A stretch of 26,818 nt of DNA. It comes from a virus. Its lineage: Duplodnaviria; Caudoviricetes. The DNA is taken from IMG/VR virus record IMGVR_UViG_3300017910_000188, positions 1-26,818 of that record; one strand, written 5' to 3'. The position numbers and the translations under genes were made by a program. The notes under the pieces were generated by a model. The model made no database searches, was not told the origin of the DNA, and saw only the letters and a list, made by a program, of their open reading frames with translations. Below are positions 1 through 6,063 of this stretch, in pieces. Numbering within the stretch: the stretch's first letter is position 1; the number at the start of each line of letters is the position of its first letter.

Positions 1-173
1 ATCTCCGCGAAGTCATCCAAACTCAGATCGACTGTGATCCCGTTAGCCGCCCAGCCTAGCACATACACGTCACACTCTTTCGGGTTCTTGCCACTAGTTG
101 CGCCGCCAATGTCCTGTGTCTTGATGAGAGCTTGACCGCCGCCCGGTAACGGACAACTGATAATCGGGATCAT
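1..173 (-). CDS. Hypothetical protein, partial (runs off the left edge); MIPIISCPLPGGGQALIKTQDIGG...
   Basis: Not in the ORF track. ATG at 173 overlaps the TGA of the upstream gene (ATGA), and the frame is open to position 1. Confidence 0.7.
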   Translation of the reverse strand, partial: MIPIISCPLPGGGQALIKTQDIGGATSGKNPKECDVYVLGWAANGITVDLSLDDFAE

Positions 174-1336
174 GCTTTTACCTCATCAATGCCGACCTTG
201 AACCGGCTATGCTCGCCATACTTCTTGTCGAGTATAACGCAGGACATAGACCTCGCTGAACCGTAGCCCGAAGCTGAATGGTAAGCATCGGGTGGACACA
301 AGACGCCAAACGATTCGAGGTGTAAGCCACCTAGCTCTGTCACAGTGCGATGGTGGATATGACCGTGATACAGATACCGATAGCGAGTGCGTCCCCATTC
401 TTCTGCGTAATCTCGCGTAACGGCTTCATAGAGTGCCTGAGTCTTCACTCGGTCGCCATGATGTAGGACCACGAGAGTCTCGCCCCATTCGAAGTGAATC
501 CACTTGGAGAAGTTATCAAAGACCTTCACCCGTGGCTCGTTTGCAAAATACAAGCGCATCATCTCATTCAGCCACAGACTCGCATCGGGATCGTGATTAC
601 CGCGCACGTTGATCAGCCACACTTCCTTGTGCGTCTCCAGCATACGAGTGATCAAGACTCTGAAGAGATTGCCGACAATGCGGATGACGCGGCCAAGCCT
701 TCCATCGACATCGACCGGGGTTCCTCTCGCGGTCTTGTTATCTGACGTATTGGCATGGAGGAAGTCACCCAAGTTAATCAGTGCGCCTACTTCCGAATCA
801 CCTGCAACCGATACCAGCTTATCGACTGCCTTGATCAGTACGTCTTGGGCTATGTTTGTATCCCAATCATCGCCACCCGTCTCAGGAGACCAGCACAGGG
901 CGTTCAGGTGATGATCTCCAATGAGGTAAGCCGATAACCTATCTGCTTCCTTCGCCGCTTCTGGGGCTTGTACGGGCTTGTAAAGGCCATCTATCTCTTC
1001 AAGGAATCCAGCCTTGAATGCTTCAAGCGCCGCCTCAAACATTGCCTCTTTGTCAGCCGTGGACTTCACCCACTGGCCGACTGGCTTGCCTTCATCATTG
1101 TAGTAAGTGGAGACGCCTCGGACTCTGAAGACATCCGGGACCGTGTGCGTCATGTCATGCTGAGGCGAGTAGCCCTGAGTCGCGGCACGATCAGAAATGT
1201 TTTTGAGCGTACTCTTGACCGTCTCTCGGGCAATACCTAAGTTCCGTCCTATCTCAGTCTTGTTCATGCCAGACTCAAACAGTCTGACTATCTCCGCTTG
1301 TCGTTCAGTGTTGCAATACTCAATTAAGCTCATCAT
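170..1336 (-). CDS. Calcineurin-like metallophosphoesterase with an N-terminal helix-turn-helix
   Basis: Motifs GDHH, GDFLH, GNHD, HHGD and GHIHH occur in canonical order. The N-terminal MNKTEIGRNLGIARETVK is HTH-like. SD GGGGAG upstream. Confidence 0.85.
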   Translation of the reverse strand: MMSLIEYCNTERQAEIVRLFESGMNKTEIGRNLGIARETVKSTLKNISDRAATQGYSPQHDMTHTVPDVFRVRGVSTYYNDEGKPVGQWVKSTADKEAMFEAALEAFKAGFLEEIDGLYKPVQAPEAAKEADRLSAYLIGDHHLNALCWSPETGGDDWDTNIAQDVLIKAVDKLVSVAGDSEVGALINLGDFLHANTSDNKTARGTPVDVDGRLGRVIRIVGNLFRVLITRMLETHKEVWLINVRGNHDPDASLWLNEMMRLYFANEPRVKVFDNFSKWIHFEWGETLVVLHHGDRVKTQALYEAVTRDYAEEWGRTRYRYLYHGHIHHRTVTELGGLHLESFGVLCPPDAYHSASGYGSARSMSCVILDKKYGEHSRFKVGIDEVKA

Positions 1337-1353
1337 CTCCCCCCGGATTGATG

Positions 1354-1749
1354 TTAGATGCGCCTCCCAAATGGCACGTTGATCGAGTATTTTTCGACAA
1401 GCAGTCTACTCAAGACCTCGTAAATGTCGTTGACTTCCATAGGATTGATCTTCCTCGTGGACTCAACGCCGGTTACTGCTTTCTGGATAGGTCGCCACAT
1501 GTAATCCTTAATCAGGTACATAGTGGGTTCGATAGGTACGCCGTCTTTGATGACGGTCTTCATGTCCATACCGTGCGCCGCCATAACACTAGCGACCTCA
1601 CGGCAATAAGCATGGATAGCATCGTTCTGCTTTCCGGTTCGGGTGACAGGGATAATCTCGTAGATATGACCCTTGTCCTGATTAGCCCGGATGTACTCAC
1701 AGAACTGATCGGCTTGGTACTTGTTGTTTACAAACCAGCGCTCGCTCAT
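1354..1749 (-). CDS. NinB/Orf-like recombination protein
   Basis: RTGKQNDAIHA and STRKINPMEVNDIYE resemble the NinB RSxxQN and STxxLxxxE motifs. ATGA coupling to the upstream gene. Confidence 0.65.
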   Translation of the reverse strand: MSERWFVNNKYQADQFCEYIRANQDKGHIYEIIPVTRTGKQNDAIHAYCREVASVMAAHGMDMKTVIKDGVPIEPTMYLIKDYMWRPIQKAVTGVESTRKINPMEVNDIYEVLSRLLVEKYSINVPFGRRI

Positions 1750-2123
1750 GCGGTTACTCGCTCGCCTTCAAACGTCACGTACTGCCCATACTTTTCGAGA
1801 CAATATGCTCGATAGCTTTCTGATTTCATAAAGTCGTGGGTGATATCGTCTGCGAAGCTCCAGCTCTTCAGTCCGATTTTACCACTATTTTCTTGTAATT
1901 TCGCGGCAAATGGGGACACTCCTCTTTCTTGCTGGGATGCCCGGCTAAGCCACGCTTGTGCAAATCGCTTGCCATCCTTCTTACGTTTCTTTGGATTAGC
2001 GTCACACCATGCGGCCATCGCACTAAGCTCGGCAAAGATATCCACCTTCGGAAAAGCATTCTGCCAGTAGATAATCTGCTCATCGTCGGGTTCGTAGTAA
2101 GTACCGTCATTTAAAATAATCAT
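1746..2123 (-). CDS. Phage replication protein: stand-alone C-terminal domain of a replication initiator/replisome organiser
   Basis: FPKVDIFAELSAMAAWCDANPKKRKK...RFAQAWLSRA resembles the C-terminal helical domain of phage initiators. ATG 2123 fits the SD (AAGGGAAG) better than GTG 2129. Confidence 0.6.
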   Translation of the reverse strand: MIILNDGTYYEPDDEQIIYWQNAFPKVDIFAELSAMAAWCDANPKKRKKDGKRFAQAWLSRASQQERGVSPFAAKLQENSGKIGLKSWSFADDITHDFMKSESYRAYCLEKYGQYVTFEGERVTA

Positions 2124-2140
2124 CCACACTTCCCTTTTGA

Positions 2141-2311
2141 TGCCGGAGCAAGCTCCGACAAATCAGTTAGTTAATAATGACGAGCTATGATTACTGTATC
2201 GAATCTTGACATCTATCCGCTTGATCTGCTCTCGACCAGCGGGGCGCATCATAGAGAGGGTCAACTCCGTCTCCGACGTTCTTAGGTTCGTCGGCCTAAC
2301 GCCCAGTAATC
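2141..2311 (-). ncRNA. Candidate structured cis-regulatory RNA (multi-stem, two pseudoknot pairings) in the leader of the replication gene
   Basis: Complementary blocks 2189-2196/2304-2311, 2273-2278/2289-2294, 2282-2286/2295-2299, 2206-2210/2260-2264, 2212-2216/2251-2255, 2217-2221/2238-2242 and 2243-2246/2300-2303. An 8-bp G(CUUG)C hairpin at 2141-2160 lies next to the SD. Confidence 0.55.
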
Positions 2312-2372
2312 TCTGACAAAAAAGTAGATGAGAGGAAACACGGAATGGTTTTGTAGTGTATAATCCATTCAT
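2163..2372 (-). CDS. Possible leader peptide (69 aa) spanning the structured RNA
   Basis: Its ATG overlaps the TGA of a 10-aa uORF (ATGA). No recognisable protein family; may be non-coding. Confidence 0.3.
   Translation of the reverse strand: MNGLYTTKPFRVSSHLLFCQRLLGVRPTNLRTSETELTLSMMRPAGREQIKRIDVKIRYSNHSSSLLTN
2359..2364 (+). promoter_or_regulatory. Perfect -10 box (TATAAT) of a putative antisense promoter
   Basis: TATAAT lies 7 nt upstream of a stem-loop array that ends in a plus-strand terminator. The -35 match is weak (GAAACA, 18-nt spacer). Confidence 0.5.
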
Positions 2373-2401
2373 CTTCTTTGTTGACCCCTTGAAGATACCA
2401 C
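2369..2401 (-). CDS. Putative 10-aa uORF (GTG start, MVSSRGQQRR)
   Basis: GGAGG (2412-2408) lies 6 nt before GTG 2401. The TGA overlaps ATG 2372. Confidence 0.35.
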   Translation of the reverse strand: MVSSRGQQRR

Positions 2402-2455
2402 GTAGTCCCTCCCTTGGACAAGTGACTCCTAGCCCCCGTAATGGGGGCTTTTTTA
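2371..2455 (+). ncRNA. Candidate antisense small RNA (~85 nt, three stem-loops)
   Basis: Bounded by TATAAT and a plus-strand terminator. SL1 is ATCTTC/GAAGAT (2371-2396), SL2 is GTCC/GGAC with loop CTCCCTT (2405-2419), and SL3 is the terminator. Confidence 0.55.
2431..2455 (+). terminator. Rho-independent terminator oriented against the genes
   Basis: AGCCCCC-GTAAT-GGGGGCT followed by TTTTTATT on the plus strand. There is no U-tract on the minus side. Confidence 0.8.
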
Positions 2456-2458
2456 TTC

Positions 2459-2659
2459 CTAAGCCTTTTTCTTAACCAAGTGATATCTGGCGTACCGCTT
2501 GCCATCCTTCTTGGCTATCTCCGTGTGTATTTTGTGACCGCTCATGCGAAGGTCATTGATACGTGCGGCCAGCCTGAAGCACCCGTAGTTGTTCAGGGCG
2601 TCCATAGCTGTGATCGGGCCTTTGGTTAAGTGGTCAAGAATCTGCGCTGAATGGCTCAT
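2459..2659 (-). CDS. Small winged helix-turn-helix protein (HTH_39-like)
   Basis: QILDHL..GPITAMDALNNYGCFRLAARINDLR..GHKIHT is the typical pattern of this phage wHTH family. Confidence 0.85.
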   Translation of the reverse strand: MSHSAQILDHLTKGPITAMDALNNYGCFRLAARINDLRMSGHKIHTEIAKKDGKRYARYHLVKKKA

Positions 2660-2880
2660 GCTTGCTCCTTGTATGGCAGATCAAGGAACGTCTCAAAGTC
2701 CATATCGAAACGCTCCGCAAAATCAACTATCCGGCCAAGGCTTGCGTCCTTGCTCTTGCGCCATCTGCCGATAGTCATCTCAGTCACGCCAAACTCTTCC
2801 GCCAGTTGCTTGTTACTGACACGGAATTGTTTTTGTGCTGTCCGCAACGACAGACCAATATCAAAATGGAATGTCGTCAC
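2656..2880 (-). CDS. Cro/CI-type HTH transcriptional regulator
   Basis: VSNKQLAEEFGVTEMTIGRWRK forms the HTH. The start is probably GTG 2880 rather than 2973, because the longer version overlaps the SSB-like gene by 113 nt. Confidence 0.8.
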   Translation of the reverse strand: MTTFHFDIGLSLRTAQKQFRVSNKQLAEEFGVTEMTIGRWRKSKDASLGRIVDFAERFDMDFETFLDLPYKEQA

Positions 2881-3262
2881 TGAACTGCTCGGTTGCGGCT
2901 GAGGTGGCGAGGGTGCTTCTGACTTGCTGAATGCCATCCGCATGAACTTTTGCCGGGTTGTTGAACTGGGCACTTGGAATCTCCTGTGATGCTGATTGAT
3001 CTTCAGACAATGCCGCTTTAGCTTTGTCTATTCCCTCTTTTCGAACGCGCTCTTTATACTCGCGGGTTTCATCATCAACCTTGGTGTAAAGATTGCCACT
3101 GCTTTTAGCGATCAGTGTTTCGATATAGATAGTATTTTCCGGCTGTTCTTGTAGCCACGGGATGAACTTTTCTCGATCAATGGTCTGCTTTAGCACAGCC
3201 CAATCTGGCGCATCTTCTTTGCGATTAGGCTTCATGCCATTTACAAAAGTAATATCAGCCAT
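2861..3262 (-). CDS. Putative single-stranded DNA-binding protein
   Basis: Low-complexity linker and C-terminal SDDIPF (SSB-type tail). Lies directly downstream of an annealing-protein-like gene. Confidence 0.65.
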   Translation of the reverse strand: MADITFVNGMKPNRKEDAPDWAVLKQTIDREKFIPWLQEQPENTIYIETLIAKSSGNLYTKVDDETREYKERVRKEGIDKAKAALSEDQSASQEIPSAQFNNPAKVHADGIQQVRSTLATSAATEQFSDDIPF

Positions 3263-3842
3263 TTGCTAACTCCTTTCTTGCTTTGTTAAATGCGTCATTG
3301 CCCTTGCAAGCATCACGCTCTTCGGTGGTAAAGATGCCGCCCTTAGTCGGCGCTCTGAACAACGTAGCCATAGTGTCGTGGCTTATGTCACCCCAGATAG
3401 CGGCCAACTCATCCCAGTCCTCATTGTGGATGGCACACTTGGCAAATGAGACCCAATCAAAGTTCTCTCGCACTGCTTCCATAAACTTCAGAAACTCGCC
3501 ATCATTCTGCTGTTTGATAGCGCTGGCTACTTCATCGGCAGACGCATACTCAGTACCGCCAAAGCCCAGAGCCGATAGGCATCGACCGATAGCGGAAGTC
3601 TCTGCGTTCTCTAGCGCACTGGTAGCATTGATCTTGCTGGCGGCACGTACCTCTTCTGAATAGCCAGTAGCCAAGAGGCGGCCATCGTTATCCAAGATGC
3701 TTGCCTTCATGATGACTAGCACATCGTTAGCTTCAACCAGATCGGTTGAAATTGTGTAGTCGGGATGGGCCGCTCTAAACTCTGCGACCCGAAGTGCCAC
3801 GGTTTTATATTCTTTGCCGTGGATTTTTACGACGCCATTCAT
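3255..3842 (-). CDS. Putative single-strand annealing recombinase (Rad52/Sak-like)
   Basis: ATGYSEE...SALENAETSAIGRCLSALGFG resembles the Rad52/Sak-type core. SSAP-SSB gene order. Confidence 0.6.
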   Translation of the reverse strand: MNGVVKIHGKEYKTVALRVAEFRAAHPDYTISTDLVEANDVLVIMKASILDNDGRLLATGYSEEVRAASKINATSALENAETSAIGRCLSALGFGGTEYASADEVASAIKQQNDGEFLKFMEAVRENFDWVSFAKCAIHNEDWDELAAIWGDISHDTMATLFRAPTKGGIFTTEERDACKGNDAFNKARKELANG

Positions 3843-4057
3843 AGCGTTTCTCCTGCGTGTTGTGATGCGTCTCGCATCTGAGTTAAGGCATAGCCATCGG
3901 CATAGCCTGATAGGTACATATCCGTTGCTGGATACTTCTGGCAGTTACACTCAAGGCCATCCATGAAGCCCTTGCGGAACTCACGGCTTGCGACCTGTAG
4001 CCAGTCTTTGTAGCGCTCAGTTAAAAAGTCCTCATCGGACCTAGATAGATCAATCAT
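3839..4057 (-). CDS. Hypothetical early protein (72 aa)
   Basis: SD GGGGAGG upstream; ATGA coupling at both ends. Confidence 0.75.
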   Translation of the reverse strand: MIDLSRSDEDFLTERYKDWLQVASREFRKGFMDGLECNCQKYPATDMYLSGYADGYALTQMRDASQHAGETL

Positions 4058-4377
4058 TGGTAATCCTCCCCCATGTCGCGAGCGTGTTTCTCAGCTTCAT
4101 CTTCGATGAGGCCGACAATCATTGACTCGGAATAGTTCCACAGCATCTCGCGGGTTTTCTGTACGACGACAGCCGGGTCAACCTCATCATTGAAGATCAG
4201 ATCTACCCATTCGATCTCACTGCCAGTCTGGTGCATTGCGGTTGGTGCAATCTCGGATGAGATTTCTTCGACATCGCACATGATCTCCCGACGGATATCG
4301 GGGTCAGTGATGTCGTGATAGTTTTCCTCCCATGAAGGGTGGTTAACCATGATTTCATAGAAATCAAAACGTGCCAT
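4054..4377 (-). CDS. Highly acidic hypothetical early protein (107 aa)
   Basis: First gene after the promoter, with SD AAGGGAG. 27 Asp/Glu versus 7 Lys/Arg. Confidence 0.8.
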   Translation of the reverse strand: MARFDFYEIMVNHPSWEENYHDITDPDIRREIMCDVEEISSEIAPTAMHQTGSEIEWVDLIFNDEVDPAVVVQKTREMLWNYSESMIVGLIEDEAEKHARDMGEDYQ

Positions 4378-4395
4378 TTGTCATCTCCCTTGGTT

Positions 4396-4411
4396 AGTTC
4401 CACATGGAACA
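4396..4411. promoter_or_regulatory. parS-like palindrome
   Basis: Minus strand TGTTCCATGTGGAACT matches the Pseudomonas-type parS TGTTCCACGTGGAACA at 14/16 positions. Intergenic. Confidence 0.6.
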
Positions 4412-4413
4412 AT

Positions 4414-4433
4414 AAACATATTAGGTTATGTTT
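4414..4433. promoter_or_regulatory. Putative operator overlapping the -10 box
   Basis: Perfect inverted repeat AAACATA-N6-TATGTTT. A related AACA-N5-TGTT at 4446-4458 abuts the -35. Confidence 0.5.
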
Positions 4434-4446
4434 TAGGGGAATGCAA
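4418..4446 (-). promoter_or_regulatory. Sigma70-like early promoter
   Basis: TTGCAT (4446-4441), 17-nt spacer, TAATAT (4423-4418), in an AT-rich gap at the lysis/early module boundary. Confidence 0.65.
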
Positions 4447-4459
4447 ACACTTTATGTTG

Positions 4460-4831
4460 TTATTTAGGGTAGTACGTCCACATGACGGGTGTGGTTTTGC
4501 GGGTGTCCAAATGTATAAAGCCATCACCCACGCCTATGCCATTCCAGCAATCCATCTTCAATGCTTCACGGACAAGGGTTAGCCGATCGACGCTATTGGT
4601 CACTGCGATATCTGCCGCAATACCTTGGCAGTGTGTGCCTGTACCGGGTTCTGACTTACGGGCTTCAGCGGGATGGGTCGCATCTCTCCAGCCAGACGTT
4701 ATGCGGAACGGGAAGCCACATATCTCGCGCAACTCATCGAGCCTTGCGAGGAACTCGGGGTCCATGTTGTCACCCCCAGTTCCAGTGTGGGTACAAGCGA
4801 ACTCTTCGAGTCTAAAATACTTGAATTTCAT
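4460..4831 (-). CDS. Endolysin, peptidase M15A family (Zn peptidase)
   Basis: [23 protein letters not shown] and FIHLDTR provide the His/Asp/His Zn ligands. Confidence 0.9.
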   Translation of the reverse strand: MKFKYFRLEEFACTHTGTGGDNMDPEFLARLDELREICGFPFRITSGWRDATHPAEARKSEPGTGTHCQGIAADIAVTNSVDRLTLVREALKMDCWNGIGVGDGFIHLDTRKTTPVMWTYYPK

Positions 4832-4956
4832 TTCTTTTTCTTGCCAGCTTTCGACAGCGCGATAGCGATAGCCTGCTTTTCTGGATAGCCTTCACCACGT
4901 AACAGGCTTATGTTCCTGCCGATAGTCTTACGGCTTCTTCCTTTCTTCAATGGCAT
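4828..4956 (-). CDS. Small basic protein (42 aa, [17 protein letters not shown]...[15 protein letters not shown])
   Basis: Below the ORF-track cutoff. ATGA coupling to the endolysin. The [11 protein letters not shown] pattern is common in small phage proteins. Confidence 0.75.
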   Translation of the reverse strand: MPLKKGRSRKTIGRNISLLRGEGYPEKQAIAIALSKAGKKKK

Positions 4957-5128
4957 CTTCGTACCTCGTACATCGTAGCTCTGTTACTTCTTCCGTTGCA
5001 CAAATGAGAGAGCCATAAAAGGGTATGCATCTCTCTCGCTCAAATATGATTGTCTTAAACTCTGCGCAATCCCTCTCTTCTTGAGCCGCACACCCAGCAA
5101 GCACAAGCAAGAGAGCGACGATCCTCAT
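4928..5128 (-). CDS. Small Cys-rich lipoprotein (possible o-spanin-like)
   Basis: Signal peptide II with lipobox LAGC, plus four further Cys. Located within the lysis cassette. Confidence 0.65.
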   Translation of the reverse strand: MRIVALLLVLAGCAAQEERDCAEFKTIIFERERCIPFYGSLICATEEVTELRCTRYEDAIEERKKP

Positions 5129-5520
5129 CTTCTCGCCACGTTCTTTGTCTTCTCGTAGGTACGCAGACCGCCAAGGCCAAGCATTCCCAAGAGGACGGGC
5201 ATCATCTCGCTCAGGTCCAAGGGTGGAACGGTGATAGGGGACTCAGTGATAGTAAGAATAAAATTGCAAACAGGAACAAACAGGTAGTTAGTCGCAAGGC
5301 CAATAGCGCAAATCCATCCAGTAGCCGGACGCCATCCAGCAACGAAAATCGAATGGCTTGTAGCCTCTTCTCGATTGACGGCAATCTGAGCCTTGGCAAT
5401 CTCATGGGCCTGCCGCTCCGCTAGTGTGGCGATCTCATGGGCTAACCGACTGCGCTCATCCGCATCGGGGATAATTTTATCAAGCAGGGTAGAGATTGGG
5501 CCAATCAGCTTATCTAACAT
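5125..5520 (-). CDS. Holin of 3TMs (GTA-type holin family)
   Basis: FVAGWRPATGW and LLGMLGLGGLRTYEK signature motifs. Confidence 0.85.
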   Translation of the reverse strand: MLDKLIGPISTLLDKIIPDADERSRLAHEIATLAERQAHEIAKAQIAVNREEATSHSIFVAGWRPATGWICAIGLATNYLFVPVCNFILTITESPITVPPLDLSEMMPVLLGMLGLGGLRTYEKTKNVARR

Positions 5521-5782
5521 AATAAGTCGCTAGACCAATAATTGCTGATATGAGAATCCAAACAAAACGCTCAGCAATCTTTACTGACTGCGCGTTATGC
5601 CCGACGATCTGCTTGATGTTATCAAGGTCGCCTTCGTATTCATCAAGACGATACTCAAGCCGATCAATCCTCGCGCTTCCTGCCGTTAGCTTTTCATCGA
5701 CTCGGGCAACCATAGTCATAGCTTCGGTAAGTTTGTCGAGCTTATTCTCGATCCGATTGAGACGTACCGCTTGATCGTCCAT
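5510..5782 (-). CDS. Coiled-coil protein with a C-terminal transmembrane helix (lysis-associated, holin-like)
   Basis: Heptad pattern RLNRIENKLDKL...RIDRLE, followed by FVWILISAIIGLATYY. Confidence 0.75.
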   Translation of the reverse strand: MDDQAVRLNRIENKLDKLTEAMTMVARVDEKLTAGSARIDRLEYRLDEYEGDLDNIKQIVGHNAQSVKIAERFVWILISAIIGLATYYVR

Positions 5783-5785
5783 GAC

Positions 5786-5890
5786 TTATCTCTTCTTTGG
5801 CTTGCCGTAAGGCTTTGCACGACTTCCACCCATACGCTTCATCATGCCATCGTACAGACTTGGCTTTTTCTTCTTGCCGTAATTCTTCAT
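5786..5890 (-). CDS. Tiny basic protein (34 aa, MKNYGKKKKPSLYDGMMKRMGGSRAKPYGKPKKR)
   Basis: Fills the gap exactly; ATGA coupling; not in the ORF track. Confidence 0.6.
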   Translation of the reverse strand: MKNYGKKKKPSLYDGMMKRMGGSRAKPYGKPKKR

Positions 5891-6063
5891 TTCTTGCCTC
5901 TCTTCCGTTGTTTCAGCTTCTTAACCAACTGCTCACGGTGAAATAATCGCTGGCTTGATTCCGTATGCTTTGCGCCTGTATGCAAAGAACCATCTGGCAT
6001 CTTGTGCGTGGCACCTTTGTATTCAGTACCGTCCTTTAGATAATGCGGTACGCCCTTAGCCAT
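5887..6063 (-). CDS. Small basic His-rich protein (58 aa, MAKGVPHYLKDGTEYKGATHKMPDGSLHTGAKH...)
   Basis: TAATG coupling upstream and ATGA downstream. HKMPDGSLHTG motif. Not in the ORF track. Confidence 0.75.
   Translation of the reverse strand: MAKGVPHYLKDGTEYKGATHKMPDGSLHTGAKHTESSQRLFHREQLVKKLKQRKRGKK

Noticed and set aside
2431-2455. Hairpin as terminator of the minus-strand early operon
   Set aside because: The U-tract is only on the plus strand; on the minus strand the hairpin is followed by AGGAG.
2296-2505. 69-aa ORF crossing the hairpin region
   Set aside because: It overlaps the wHTH gene and has no family features. A shorter TTG-started version (2421, after AGGAG) cannot be fully excluded, but its SD spacing is short.
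2881-2973. N-terminal extension of the Cro-like protein
   Set aside because: Low-complexity Pro/Ser sequence in an alternative frame of the SSB-like linker; GTG 2880 gives a normal-sized HTH protein.
4203-4412. Minus-strand ORF starting MFHVEL
   Set aside because: MFHVE is simply the translation of the parS-like palindrome. It starts at the predicted transcription start and overlaps a better gene.
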